Source: a virus (taxonomy: Duplodnaviria > Caudoviricetes). From it: a DNA stretch of 64,000 bases. The stretch spans positions 377,905 through 441,904 of IMG/VR virus record IMGVR_UViG_3300029288_005873; one strand, given 5' to 3'. The notes below the pieces were generated by a model. The model saw nothing but the letters and a program-made list of their open reading frames with translations, searched no databases and had not been told where the DNA came from. A program made the translations under genes and the position numbers. This document shows, piece after piece, positions 46,520-56,669 of this stretch (position 1 is the first letter of the stretch; every line of letters starts with the position of its first letter).

Positions 46520-47635
46520 CTACTCCTCCTCGGCGGTTGTTGCCGCCTTTTTTCCTGAGGCTTTAGCCTCTTTGACTAGCAACAACAGCTTTTCGCACAA
46601 TTCCTGATTTTGCTCCAAGTGTGCCAGGAAATTGTCCTTGCCGCGCACGTTCAAATCCTCAAACACATATGTCTGATTGTTTGGTCTGGTTACAATACCA
46701 TATTTCACAGCAAGGTCTTTGATCTCAGTATGTCTGTTGGTGAATCCGCCAAGATATAGGATATCCATTTCAGCCTCACGAAATGGCGGAGCGGTTTTAT
46801 TCTTTCCAATTTTTGCCCGAATGCGATGACCAACCAGTTCCTTTGTATTATCGTAAATTCGACAATCTTCTCTCTTGATCCTAGCCACATTAACCATTAG
46901 TGAGCAATGAAAAAACCACGCTTTGCCTCCAGGACTAGTCTCAGGATCCCCATATTGACCTATAGTTGTTTTAAGATGATTAATCCCAATAAATACTACT
47001 TGGCTATCGGCCAAAATTGGCACTATTCTACGCAACTCAGGTGTCAAGAATCTAGCAAGTGCTGCCACGTTTTGTTTACCAACTTCGCTTGCCTCTTCCT
47101 GTGGTGGTACAACAGCGGCCACACTATCAAGAACAATAATACCAAGACCTGACTTGTCCGCACCCCCTTGCTCTATTACTAGATCAAGAATTCCCTTTTT
47201 TACCTTTGGTTTTCCCGGCTCCTTATGCGGTTTTCCACATAAGCGCTCAAAAATCTCAACCCCATCGTTTGTTTTCATGATGCGCAAACGCGAAAGATCA
47301 ACCCCAAGGCGTTCTGCCCAGCTAGGATCAAATGTATATTCAGCATCGATGAAAAGCGCCCAGTTGTGAGGTGCTTTACGTTGCCATTCACGAATAGCCA
47401 TAAGCGAGATCAATGTTTTTCCGCTGCTTTCATGTCCAGCAACCTGGATCAAACGTCCTTTTGGCCATCCCCAAATACCAATCGCTTCATCCAGTGCCGG
47501 ACTACCAGTTGACTCAGGTCTGGCTGGCTCGATGAAGCTGCCATTTCCCTCGAAAAGACCATCTGATCCAAAAGTCTTTTCAACTTCCGCCCAGATGCTA
47601 TCCATGGCACCCTTTACATGCTTTTCAGCAACCAT
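46520..47635 (-). CDS. recA: RecA recombinase
   Basis: STGS..LD.A.G..GWPKGR, GHESSGKT, FIDAE, LGVD, LDSVAA, INH, PGGKA, KNKTAPPFREAE. Confidence 0.95.
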   Translation of the reverse strand: MVAEKHVKGAMDSIWAEVEKTFGSDGLFEGNGSFIEPARPESTGSPALDEAIGIWGWPKGRLIQVAGHESSGKTLISLMAIREWQRKAPHNWALFIDAEYTFDPSWAERLGVDLSRLRIMKTNDGVEIFERLCGKPHKEPGKPKVKKGILDLVIEQGGADKSGLGIIVLDSVAAVVPPQEEASEVGKQNVAALARFLTPELRRIVPILADSQVVFIGINHLKTTIGQYGDPETSPGGKAWFFHCSLMVNVARIKREDCRIYDNTKELVGHRIRAKIGKNKTAPPFREAEMDILYLGGFTNRHTEIKDLAVKYGIVTRPNNQTYVFEDLNVRGKDNFLAHLEQNQELCEKLLLLVKEAKASGKKAATTAEEE

Positions 47636-47646
47636 TTTCCTTCTCC

Positions 47647-48417
47647 CTATTTCGCCAGATCGGCAAAGCCGCTTTTTTTCAAAAATGCTTTAATTTCATC
47701 CAAGGGTACGGCAATTCCAAGATGAGTAACACCTATAAATATTGGCAATGGACGATCATCCTCAAGACGCAGCCTTATTGCGCCAATCGACACATTTACA
47801 CCAATCACTTCCCCATTAGCATTAAATGATGGTCCACCACTGTTTCCATTAATGATTGGAGCACTTACTAGCATATATTTTATACCATCCATTACAACTT
47901 CTGGACGACTCACAATTCCCCTTGTTAAAACGTAATTTGAGAGCGCAGGATGCCCAACAGCATATACTACATTTCCAAGCTTTGGTGCTGAACGAGCTAA
48001 TTTGGCAACCAAAGTAGGTAATGTACATTTGGATACAGTAATAACTGCAAGATCACGTTCCACTGAAACATTGCCAACAGTACCTATACATGACATATCT
48101 TTGTTCAAATCCGCCATAACGGGGACTGGGAGAAACATATCCTTCCCATCTGGCAATTTAACACGGAATCTTGCAACGCAGTGCGCAGCAGTAAGCACCA
48201 CGGCATCTTTCCCATTATTCTTAAGCACAATTCCAGTACATCCTGGTAGTACTACTACCGAATTCACCATGCGTTCAAAAATAGTAAAACTTCTAGCATC
48301 TATTGGCGAATCAGGCGTTGATACCGCACAACCATTAAAAATCAACACAAACGCAAGCATAGCCAAAACCAAAAACCTACGCATGAGCTGAACCATCTGA
48401 TGCTCCTTCGATTTCAA
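47647..48417 (-). CDS. Trypsin-like (S1) serine protease with lipoprotein-like signal
   Basis: TAAHC, DLA and GNSGG triad motifs; hydrophobic N-terminus ending LIFNGC. Confidence 0.85.
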   Translation of the reverse strand: MKSKEHQMVQLMRRFLVLAMLAFVLIFNGCAVSTPDSPIDARSFTIFERMVNSVVVLPGCTGIVLKNNGKDAVVLTAAHCVARFRVKLPDGKDMFLPVPVMADLNKDMSCIGTVGNVSVERDLAVITVSKCTLPTLVAKLARSAPKLGNVVYAVGHPALSNYVLTRGIVSRPEVVMDGIKYMLVSAPIINGNSGGPSFNANGEVIGVNVSIGAIRLRLEDDRPLPIFIGVTHLGIAVPLDEIKAFLKKSGFADLAK

Positions 48418-49312
48418 CCCTCATCTTCATTAGGGTCTGTTGTTGGTCCGCTGTTAACTTTGGCATTTTAGCCAAAATACGAACCATATGGTCTCCCTTT
48501 CCACCACGACGATCTGGCATACCTGCGCCTTTGATGCGCAAACAACTGCCAGGCTGTAGCCCCTGATCAATCTTTATGCGTTTTTCTCCAGACAAAGTGG
48601 GCACAATAGTTTCACCACCAAGTATAAGGTCAAACAAATTTACCTCAACATTACTTTCCACATTTGGGGTACCGCGCACAATCCTGAAAACTGGATGATC
48701 ATCAAGACAAACGCAAATAGGAAATCCATCCACTGATAATACTACCTCTCCATTCATGACACCAGGAGGAATATCTACAGCTGTTTTGTGATGGGAAATA
48801 TTTGCGCCAAGACCTCCACATTTTACACATTTACCACCCAACTGTTTTCCAGAACCACGACATATATGACATTCTCTAAAAATACTAAATACAGCAGTGC
48901 CACCCATACTAACCCTTCCTGATCCGCCACACTGTGTACAAGCATTTTCGCTAGTAGCCTTTCCAATTCCATGACACTCTTGACATTGTTTTCGGCTAGA
49001 GAATTCTATAGTCTTGCGTCCACCAACAAAAGCATCTTCAAACGAGATTCGCATCGTCAAATTGACCATTTGATGCGCAAAAGGTCCAAAATTGAAAAGA
49101 TCTTCAAAACCTTCAGGAGGACTAGAAAAACCCCCTTTCTGTTTGTTTGTCAATGCCTGGTAAGCAGCATTAATCTCTTTGAATTTCTCTTCCGCATCCT
49201 TACTTCCCCCATGCCTGTCAGGATGCCACTCTAAAGCCAACTTCTTGTAAGCTTTCTTTATATCCTCATCGGAAGCCTCAGATGAAACCCCCAAAACTTC
49301 ATGTGGATTCAT
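48377..49312 (-). CDS. dnaJ: DnaJ chaperone
   Basis: J-domain with HPD, four CxxCxGxG repeats and C-terminal G.GMP....GD. Start refined to MNPHEVLG. Confidence 0.93.
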   Translation of the reverse strand: MNPHEVLGVSSEASDEDIKKAYKKLALEWHPDRHGGSKDAEEKFKEINAAYQALTNKQKGGFSSPPEGFEDLFNFGPFAHQMVNLTMRISFEDAFVGGRKTIEFSSRKQCQECHGIGKATSENACTQCGGSGRVSMGGTAVFSIFRECHICRGSGKQLGGKCVKCGGLGANISHHKTAVDIPPGVMNGEVVLSVDGFPICVCLDDHPVFRIVRGTPNVESNVEVNLFDLILGGETIVPTLSGEKRIKIDQGLQPGSCLRIKGAGMPDRRGGKGDHMVRILAKMPKLTADQQQTLMKMRVEIEGASDGSAHA

Positions 49313-49881
49313 CAGGCACCACCTTTCGAAAGAATATGACACCACGCTACAGCAATGCCATCAGCCTCATCCATAGTAAAATCGGAAATTTTGCCCCTTT
49401 TGGATAGTACATCAGAAAACTTGTTAGACAAATGCGCCCGCACGATTGTTGGCATATCTCCCTTTTCTATCTTCTCCTTTTGTCCAATACCTTCACGAAT
49501 CGTCTTACGTATGGTGGCTACAGGATAGAAAGTAAGGTTACCAGCCACCTGAAGCCAAGCGGCAAGAGCTGCTACGCGATTAAAAGCCGCCAAAATGGTA
49601 ATTGTTTGGGCGCTTGATCCACCCTTCATATGCTGAATAATATCTTCTACAGCAACAGCTGATGGTCGAAGATCTAGACATAAATTGGTGATCTGATTAA
49701 ATACATCATTAAGTCGCTCCATGAGCGAATGATCAGATGACAGAGGATTGAAATGACCATGCGCAACAAGAACCGGGGGTCTACTCCCAAGTAGACCCCA
49801 ACCCACTGTCTTGGAACTACAATCCAGACCTAGGACGGAATCTTGGCAATTCGGTAGGAGGACAATTTTACGTGAACTCAT
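49312..49881 (-). CDS. ruvC: RuvC-like Holliday junction resolvase
   Basis: LGLDCSS...GWG, VAVED, DEADGIAVA. Confidence 0.82.
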   Translation of the reverse strand: MSSRKIVLLPNCQDSVLGLDCSSKTVGWGLLGSRPPVLVAHGHFNPLSSDHSLMERLNDVFNQITNLCLDLRPSAVAVEDIIQHMKGGSSAQTITILAAFNRVAALAAWLQVAGNLTFYPVATIRKTIREGIGQKEKIEKGDMPTIVRAHLSNKFSDVLSKRGKISDFTMDEADGIAVAWCHILSKGGA

Positions 49882-49886
49882 GGTAT

Positions 49887-50480
49887 TCAGTTTTTGTCTG
49901 GAGTAGAATCTCCAACCACCAAAAGAGTCTCAAGTAATTTATTACCAACAAGAGCTATGTCTCTTTTGTTTACCTTTTCAAATTCTCTACACATATCTAC
50001 AACAGAGGCTTCCTCATCACGACCACTCTCTCTTAATGCTTTTAGAAAATTCTCCCAGTTTCCCGAATGTTGCTGATCGCGCACGGCAGAGATTAACGAC
50101 AAATCTAGATCAGATATATCAAAGCCAGAAAACATGGATACATCTAGTGTGCTAAAGTCTAACTGTCTAGCAAAATCTACAGAAAAATCAGCAACCTCCT
50201 CTAAACATTTCGAAAGTTTCTTTGAAAATCGTCCAAGGGAACGTGACGATGGAAGAATGGTACCTATGGAAAAGATCAGGTCCCCATTTTCTTCAAATTC
50301 TGGGGCTGAACAACCAAAACCGTGCCGCCATGATATATCCATCATCTGGAAAATAAGTTTTTGGCTGAGGTCCTGACCATCGAAAGCAACAGCAGCCTCC
50401 AGGCGTGGAGGTACCGAATTAAAGTACAGTGCTTTGAAGCGACCAACGTCCACTATTTGTGCTGGTATGATTTTTGGCAT
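49887..50480 (-). CDS. Hypothetical protein
   Basis: Start refined to MPKIIP, downstream of the terminator. Confidence 0.6.
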   Translation of the reverse strand: MPKIIPAQIVDVGRFKALYFNSVPPRLEAAVAFDGQDLSQKLIFQMMDISWRHGFGCSAPEFEENGDLIFSIGTILPSSRSLGRFSKKLSKCLEEVADFSVDFARQLDFSTLDVSMFSGFDISDLDLSLISAVRDQQHSGNWENFLKALRESGRDEEASVVDMCREFEKVNKRDIALVGNKLLETLLVVGDSTPDKN

Positions 50481-50496
50481 AATGGGTAAATGGTAG

Positions 50497-50536
50497 AAAC
50501 AAAAGGAGGGGGACCGTATTTTTTCGGTCCCCCTCC
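50497..50536 (-). terminator. Rho-independent terminator after SSB gene
   Basis: Perfect 12-bp stem GGAGGGGGACCG/CGGTCCCCCTCC followed by TTTTGTTT on the minus strand. Confidence 0.88.
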
Positions 50537-50546
50537 ATGTCAATGA

Positions 50547-51182
50547 CTAGAGCTGCTCAGTGTCGAAGTTAAAAAGGTTTGGGTCCATACCAGGTCTTCC
50601 GCCCTTTCCCTGACCACCACCCTGGGCTGCCTGTCCACCCTCAATAGCCACCAGTCGCTCTGCTACCTCTTCTGGAGTAGGTGGCTTTGTCATCTTGGCG
50701 AAATCGGTATTCTCTATAAAAGCCTTCACAAGCGCTACCTCAGCATCAGTAAGGGGCTTCTTTGGCTTGGCAATAACGCGATACAATGGCTGCGAACCTG
50801 GATTTCCACGCTTAATATCTACGTCATAACCCTTTGGATTACCCCAATCGGAATCATTAGCGAGATCCTTGAGACCAGCCATGATCTGACTTGATACTTC
50901 CAAAACCTTGGGCGTTCCAGAACGTCTCTCAATAACGCCAACATACCAGCGCTTCTGTAGCTTTTCCCCTCTCTTAACCAGTGGACAAGAAGGAACTAGC
51001 GCACTGCGCACCTTGCGCGAAACATCCTGTGGATCCTTTACCCAGCAAACGCTAAACTGATATGGCTGCGTAACAATACGCACCACATTACTTCCCTGCT
51101 CGAGCTTCATATAATCCGAACCAGACTTAACATCGACATCGTCCCAACTCTCAAGCTCACCATACTTGTACTCATTAGACAT
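50547..51182 (-). CDS. Single-stranded DNA-binding protein (T4 gp32-like)
   Basis: YMKL..G.N.VRI...KVLE....I...L......WG.P.GYD..IKR with an acidic/aromatic tail; strong RBS and its own terminator. Confidence 0.65.
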   Translation of the reverse strand: MSNEYKYGELESWDDVDVKSGSDYMKLEQGSNVVRIVTQPYQFSVCWVKDPQDVSRKVRSALVPSCPLVKRGEKLQKRWYVGVIERRSGTPKVLEVSSQIMAGLKDLANDSDWGNPKGYDVDIKRGNPGSQPLYRVIAKPKKPLTDAEVALVKAFIENTDFAKMTKPPTPEEVAERLVAIEGGQAAQGGGQGKGGRPGMDPNLFNFDTEQL

Positions 51183-51262
51183 TGTGTCCTCCTAATGTTC
51201 CCCCTTTGGCTTTTGCCTTTTTTGGGGTGTTTGCCACAACGGCAAAAATACCGTGTGGATTC

Positions 51263-51757
51263 TTATTTCCAGATAGGTTCTTCATCCTGACTAAACAAAG
51301 AACCTGCTTTTTGGTGTGAACGCCCGCCCTTGGCTATATCCTTCATGAGATAATGGGCACTTACCAAACTCTCATGTTTATTCTTAAACCACTGCTTCAT
51401 TGCTTTGGCTCTATTGCTTACTTCGCAAGCTTTAAGATATTCTGTATCTCCTTCTGCATATGTGCGCTTTTCTGTAGCTGTTTTCAAACCTTTCTGAGAA
51501 GCTGTTACTATGGAAGCAAATGCAAGTGCGTGACGCTTCATATCATCAGCTTTGGCTTCCCACCACGTCAATTGAGCCAATATCTCAGAACATCTATCGG
51601 CGCCCCTTAGGAACTTAACAGCTAAAGTCTCCGCTATAGAGACATCAACATTACCGTCCTTCGGTATGGCGTCCGTGAGTTCCTTGATTTCCGTCACATC
51701 AATCTTTTCTGGATCAAAATCCGAAAATCCAAGGACGGCTCCAAGCTCATTAGCCAT
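51263..51757 (-). CDS. UvsY-like recombination mediator
   Basis: Helical protein with TATEKRTYAEGDTEY; located next to SSB and near RecA. Confidence 0.45.
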   Translation of the reverse strand: MANELGAVLGFSDFDPEKIDVTEIKELTDAIPKDGNVDVSIAETLAVKFLRGADRCSEILAQLTWWEAKADDMKRHALAFASIVTASQKGLKTATEKRTYAEGDTEYLKACEVSNRAKAMKQWFKNKHESLVSAHYLMKDIAKGGRSHQKAGSLFSQDEEPIWK

Positions 51758-52049
51758 CTTTTCCTCCAGCGGATACCTGTGTAAAACTGCCCACTAGGCG
51801 CTCAATGCGCCTAAGGCGCTGATTTATCATAAGATTTTGTACAAAGAAAAGAACTCCCCAACCAATCTCCTTTCTTATGGGTGGATGTATGGACATAATA
51901 CAACCGTCCTCGTCCACATCAAAAAGATCATGAAACTGGTCCTTGCCGTTTAACATACCAATAGTGAACTCACCAACCAGTTTCCTGTAATAGGTAAATT
52001 CATCTTCGGTCATATCGACTGACTTATGATCAACAATCTGTCTTGTCAT
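51750..52049 (-). CDS. Hypothetical protein
   Basis: Start refined to MTRQIVD (ATGA overlap). Confidence 0.65.
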   Translation of the reverse strand: MTRQIVDHKSVDMTEDEFTYYRKLVGEFTIGMLNGKDQFHDLFDVDEDGCIMSIHPPIRKEIGWGVLFFVQNLMINQRLRRIERLVGSFTQVSAGGKDG

Positions 52050-52648
52050 GGATTCCTGCGTGTAATGACAGAACACTGACTACTTGGATTATTTAATCTA
52101 TTCGATTCTTGACGTTGTAAACGCATAAGTCTATCGGCCTCCAGTATTGGACTGTCAGCCATTTGACTATCGGATAGTTGCGCAGCAGAAGAAGTTTTAA
52201 CTCGCGCAGCAACTTGGGAAGGAATCATATTCTGCGCAATTAGGCGCGTCTCTATTCTTTCTTTAAGAATCTCCTCCTTCTCAGCTTGGGATATTGGACT
52301 GTCTGGATCAAACAAATCTGAAGCTTTCACTATTCCACCATCCCCAGCTTCTCCATCTTCTTCAGATCTCTGAACTTGAGCAATACCTTTTGACTGAGGC
52401 GCCGAACGTTTCCGCATTGGTGAATCATCAGGTCTAGATATACTATACGACACCACTAAAGCCATAGCCAAAGTGTCAGCCGTTTCCTCTCTAACCTTGA
52501 CCGTTTGGAGGATAAAACCCCGTAATTCCTCAACAATAGCCATGGATTCTTCATCCATTATAGCCTTGCCGCAGGCTGGGCATTCGTTTTTGCGAAGCGC
52601 ATACCCAAACGAAGCTGGTACTTGTGTTCCACAACTGGCACAATTCAT
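52046..52648 (-). CDS. Zn-ribbon protein
   Basis: MNCASC...ECPACG after AAGGAG RBS. Confidence 0.7.
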   Translation of the reverse strand: MNCASCGTQVPASFGYALRKNECPACGKAIMDEESMAIVEELRGFILQTVKVREETADTLAMALVVSYSISRPDDSPMRKRSAPQSKGIAQVQRSEEDGEAGDGGIVKASDLFDPDSPISQAEKEEILKERIETRLIAQNMIPSQVAARVKTSSAAQLSDSQMADSPILEADRLMRLQRQESNRLNNPSSQCSVITRRNP

Positions 52649-52716
52649 GGCATTTAATCTCCTTTCTGTATAGATATTACGACATACTGAAAATGTCAAG
52701 AGGCTGTTGTAAAAAA

Positions 52717-55700
52717 TCAACTCCCAGAATTGTTCCTACTCTCTCCATATATGTTTTGAAACTTCATAAGCATTAGCGTTTTTTGCCCATTGAAATCGCT
52801 AACTTGACATTGGGCTCTAATTGGAGTATCTGGAGACAAGCGACGTTTTGCCATTTCATATTGATCTGGCCATACTGTAAGCTCTGTTACAGTACCTTCA
52901 ATATCTTCCACACTATACTTGGCCATTTTACGTCCCTTGTTACGTCCCTCCTTTTTTATGGAAAACTCACGTGTTGCCGCTTTCACCAAAACTTCCACCA
53001 CTATTTCATAACGATTCGGCAACCCCTTAAGACGCGACAATGGCGTTACTCCAACACCAGTAAAAAAGCCACCATAGATCTCATTCATTGATCCAGATAA
53101 GCACTGACCAAGAACCTTTGCTTCGTTCTCAAGAAGAGTTTTACGATCCCATTCTTCGGATGTCCCAAGCTGAAAATCCTGTAAAGCGTCTGTAGCAGCA
53201 CAGCCTTCTTTTTGGCGTTTAGCCATCGCCCGTCTCATCCTCTCCCTGGCATCTTTGCCTGATTCGAATACAAACCGTCTCGTAACTCCAAGAGAATCAA
53301 AACATCCAGCCTTAGCCATTGCTTCAAGTTTGCTTTTATTGACAATACGTGCTTCGGTACGACAAAGGAAATCAGCAAATGAAACATAAGGCTTCTTCGA
53401 TACAATTTCCTGAGCAGCTTTTTCACCAAGCCCATCAATTGCGGCCATACCCATAATAATCGTTTTGCTATCCACAACATCAAAACCCGTCCCACTCCTA
53501 TTGACGTCAGGTGGCAAGATTCTTATACCAAGTCGCTTACACTCTTGTCTGGCAGCTTCAATTTCATCGTCACTAGTGAGACTATTACTTCCCGTCTCGA
53601 TCTTCATTTTTGCAGCCATAAAAGCTGCTGGATGATGGCATTTTAGCCATGCTGTATAGTAACCATTAATTGAATAGAAAACAGCATGACTAAGATTGAA
53701 TCCGTATCCCGCGAATTTGCCTACGATTTTGTCCCAAATCTCCTGCGCAAGCTCTTGTGTCATACCATGAGTGGTAATCGCACCTTCTACGAATTCCTTC
53801 TCTAACTTGGCAGCAAGATCTTTACCTTTCTCTTTCAACTTTGTAAGTTTCCGCAAACCATCAGCTTTGTTTAGGTTCCATCCAGCAACATGCTGAGCTA
53901 CCTTCATTAGTTGATCTTCAATAATACACATGCCTTTGGTTTCTTTCAGGCATTCCAAACTTGGATGAAGATATGTTACCTTGATCGCACCACTTCTGCG
54001 TCCGACAAACTCTTCACGCTCGCTACGACCCGTATCCTTATCCACCAATTTCGAAGATGGTCTACCAAGAGCATTAATGATAGCAATATCTATAATGCGT
54101 GAGGGCTTAATTTGCTTACAAAGAGCTGCCATCATACCCGTCTTCCCTAATTGGAATACACAACGGGTATGACCCTTGGATATCATGGCATAGGTATCTG
54201 GATCATTCAGAGGAATATCTTCCATTCTTTGTGGTCCCGGCTCACCAAGTTTCTTTATGTTTTTGAAGGCTTCATCGATAATATCTAGTGTACTAATAGC
54301 TAGAAAATCCATTTTGACGAGACCGAGTTCTTCGCAACGATTCTTTTCAAGTTGTACAGCTACTTTGCCATCTTTGTCCACCCGAAGTGGAGCAAATTCA
54401 ACCAAAGGAATGTCCGACACAACCATACCAGCTGCATGTGTACTGTATTCCTTCTCAAGTCCAATAAACATGTTTGCATAATCCATGAGTTCAGGATATT
54501 GCCTAGAAAATTCCACAAAACCTGGAGATACCCTCATAGCCTGGTCCAAAGTTGTAATCTTACGGTCGTTCTCATCTTTCTCTGGAATAGAGTCTTTTAT
54601 TGCAGCTGCCAGTTGGAAATAATTCTTTCCCTCCTCCTGATCACTAATACGCATTGAGCGAGCTAGGTCGCTTATCGTATTCTTTGGTGTGTATGTATTT
54701 ATATTACTTACCTGAGCACACCTATTATAACCATACTTACCCCTAACATATTCTTCTACAATATCACGCCCAGCCGATGTAAAATCTGTGTCAATGTCTG
54801 GTAGGCTTTTCTTTTCGGCGTTCTGAAATCTTTCAAAAATCAAGTCATAGTCAAATGGATCCACTCCATGAATGCCAAGAAGATGAGCTACCAGACTGCC
54901 GCCAACGCTTCCTCTTCCACAACCAACAAGAATTCCGTTATTTTTTGCCCAATTGATAAAGTCAGCCACAACAAGCATATAGCTAGAGAACTTGTTTTTC
55001 TCCAAAATGCTTACTTCGTATTTAACCCTATCCCAGCGTTTTTTTAGTTCTTCGTCCGGCAAACCTTCAAAACGCGTAAGAAAACGTTTGAAACACCTAA
55101 ATCTCATAAGGGCAGCAGCTGGATCGAGGTTTGGAGCTTTTGCCTCACGCCATTCCTTGAACTCAGCAAAATCAGGTTCATTTTCAACTTGAAAAACCGG
55201 AAGATGATTTCCTGTTGGATTAAGATAAGAGGCATCACCACACATTCCAGCAATTCTTACTGTATTACCAACTGCCTCATTAGCAATATCATCTCCATAA
55301 TGTTTTGCGAAAAATGCGAATACTTCGTCACCATCCTTCATATAGAATTCATCTAGTGTTGGACCGTCTTCGGCAAGCTGTTCTTCCAAAGAACGTTTCA
55401 TGCGCAATGCAGCAAACATATCTTTGTATTTAGCCATACCTTTGGAAAGATAATGGGTATCAATACCTGCCACTAAAGATATGCCAAGTTTTCGCGCAAT
55501 TTCAATGGATCCGGTGTTTATCAACTCTTGATCAACTCTTGGAACCTTCAAATGGTGCGGTTGAATCTCCAAAAAGAAACGACCAGGAAAGATTCCAGCT
55601 AATCTGGATGCTACAGTTTCAGCGCCAACATGGTCACCAAGCATCAATTTTTCAGCCACTATACCCTGACCACAAGCGGATGTACAAATTAAACCCTCAG

Positions 55701-56109
55701 AATGTTCAGACAAAATATCCCACCCAAGTCGCGGGTATACTCTTCCAACGCTAATATCACTGTTACCAAAAGCTTTATAGCTAGCTGCTAATAAATTCTT
55801 ATATCCACGTTCATCCTGAGCAAGAAGTACAAGATGCTTACGAGATTCATTTTTCTTTCGCTTTTCACCCGTGTCGACAGGATCATACGAATTAACAAAA
55901 TATGCTTCCATCCCCGGTATAAGCTTCACACCAGTGCGTCTACTTGCCTTAATGGCATCAAAATGAGCAGCCAGTGTTCCATGGTCCGTTACCCCCATTG
56001 CGGTCAAGCCTAGTTCCTTTGCTCGATCAAACATCTTATCCACTGACACCAAGGCATCTAGCATGGATCCCATGCTTGTATGAGCGTGTAAATTTGCAAA
56101 AGGAACCAT
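52717..56109 (-). CDS. dnaE: DNA polymerase III alpha subunit (family C)
   Basis: PHP domain (HAHT..S.LD, TDHG, HLVLLA), GRGS, PDIDTDF, HAAG.V, KMDFL, YGFN.SHA, PPDVN.S and OB-fold. Confidence 0.97.
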   Translation of the reverse strand: MVPFANLHAHTSMGSMLDALVSVDKMFDRAKELGLTAMGVTDHGTLAAHFDAIKASRRTGVKLIPGMEAYFVNSYDPVDTGEKRKKNESRKHLVLLAQDERGYKNLLAASYKAFGNSDISVGRVYPRLGWDILSEHSEGLICTSACGQGIVAEKLMLGDHVGAETVASRLAGIFPGRFFLEIQPHHLKVPRVDQELINTGSIEIARKLGISLVAGIDTHYLSKGMAKYKDMFAALRMKRSLEEQLAEDGPTLDEFYMKDGDEVFAFFAKHYGDDIANEAVGNTVRIAGMCGDASYLNPTGNHLPVFQVENEPDFAEFKEWREAKAPNLDPAAALMRFRCFKRFLTRFEGLPDEELKKRWDRVKYEVSILEKNKFSSYMLVVADFINWAKNNGILVGCGRGSVGGSLVAHLLGIHGVDPFDYDLIFERFQNAEKKSLPDIDTDFTSAGRDIVEEYVRGKYGYNRCAQVSNINTYTPKNTISDLARSMRISDQEEGKNYFQLAAAIKDSIPEKDENDRKITTLDQAMRVSPGFVEFSRQYPELMDYANMFIGLEKEYSTHAAGMVVSDIPLVEFAPLRVDKDGKVAVQLEKNRCEELGLVKMDFLAISTLDIIDEAFKNIKKLGEPGPQRMEDIPLNDPDTYAMISKGHTRCVFQLGKTGMMAALCKQIKPSRIIDIAIINALGRPSSKLVDKDTGRSEREEFVGRRSGAIKVTYLHPSLECLKETKGMCIIEDQLMKVAQHVAGWNLNKADGLRKLTKLKEKGKDLAAKLEKEFVEGAITTHGMTQELAQEIWDKIVGKFAGYGFNLSHAVFYSINGYYTAWLKCHHPAAFMAAKMKIETGSNSLTSDDEIEAARQECKRLGIRILPPDVNRSGTGFDVVDSKTIIMGMAAIDGLGEKAAQEIVSKKPYVSFADFLCRTEARIVNKSKLEAMAKAGCFDSLGVTRRFVFESGKDARERMRRAMAKRQKEGCAATDALQDFQLGTSEEWDRKTLLENEAKVLGQCLSGSMNEIYGGFFTGVGVTPLSRLKGLPNRYEIVVEVLVKAATREFSIKKEGRNKGRKMAKYSVEDIEGTVTELTVWPDQYEMAKRRLSPDTPIRAQCQVSDFNGQKTLMLMKFQNIYGESRNNSGS

Positions 56110-56133
56110 TCTAAACCCCTTTCTAACTAGCTT

Positions 56134-56445
56134 CTAACCATTGGCTTGGGAGAGCCAATTTTCCAAAGCCTCTTCAAACGGAAGGATATCTTTCTCTACT
56201 GTACCCTTTTGGAGAACAACGCGAATTTCTTTAAGACGCTTGATGCCACTAACCGTAAATCCAGCACATTCGAGCTTAAGCACTGAAGTTTTATCAAATG
56301 GAAAAGCAAGCTTGCCGAGCGGCTGTAGGAAAGGTAAAATACTCTCGTTCAGACGCACGGGCAAGTCATATGCAAATGTAACACATCCGCTTGGACATGT
56401 TCCAAGTTTGCGCCTTTGGAGCCGCCCGGCAAGCTGATCACTCAT
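56134..56445 (-). CDS. Hypothetical protein
   Basis: 103-aa ORF, ATGA-coupled. Confidence 0.6.
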   Translation of the reverse strand: MSDQLAGRLQRRKLGTCPSGCVTFAYDLPVRLNESILPFLQPLGKLAFPFDKTSVLKLECAGFTVSGIKRLKEIRVVLQKGTVEKDILPFEEALENWLSQANG

Positions 56446-56660
56446 TCCCCTCCCTCCTCCGTAACCAAAGAAAGCTCTACTCCATAATCAGCTGTACTGT
56501 GAAGTTCAAGCATCGATAGAACATCACCAAGATTAAATGCTCCAGCACGGACTTCGTCCTTCTGACATGTTAACACAAGCTTGACCTCATCCTTCTTGAC
56601 CAAGAAACTAAATACCTTGAAACCTTGTACAAGCTGTGTATGGATATTATTTTCCGCCAT
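56442..56660 (-). CDS. Hypothetical protein
   Basis: 72-aa ORF with GGAGG RBS. Confidence 0.6.
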   Translation of the reverse strand: MAENNIHTQLVQGFKVFSFLVKKDEVKLVLTCQKDEVRAGAFNLGDVLSMLELHSTADYGVELSLVTEEGGE

Positions 56661-56669
56661 TTCATCCTC

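Noticed and set aside
47647-48417. Trypsin-like protease as the enzyme cutting the PISKRA linkers
   Set aside because: It has a signal/lipoprotein-like N-terminus and lies in the replication block. The prohead protease is the more plausible candidate.
52670-52699. Host sigma-70 promoter (TTGACA at 52694-52699, minus strand)
   Set aside because: The -35 is perfect but there is no good -10 at 16-18 nt spacing, so support is insufficient.
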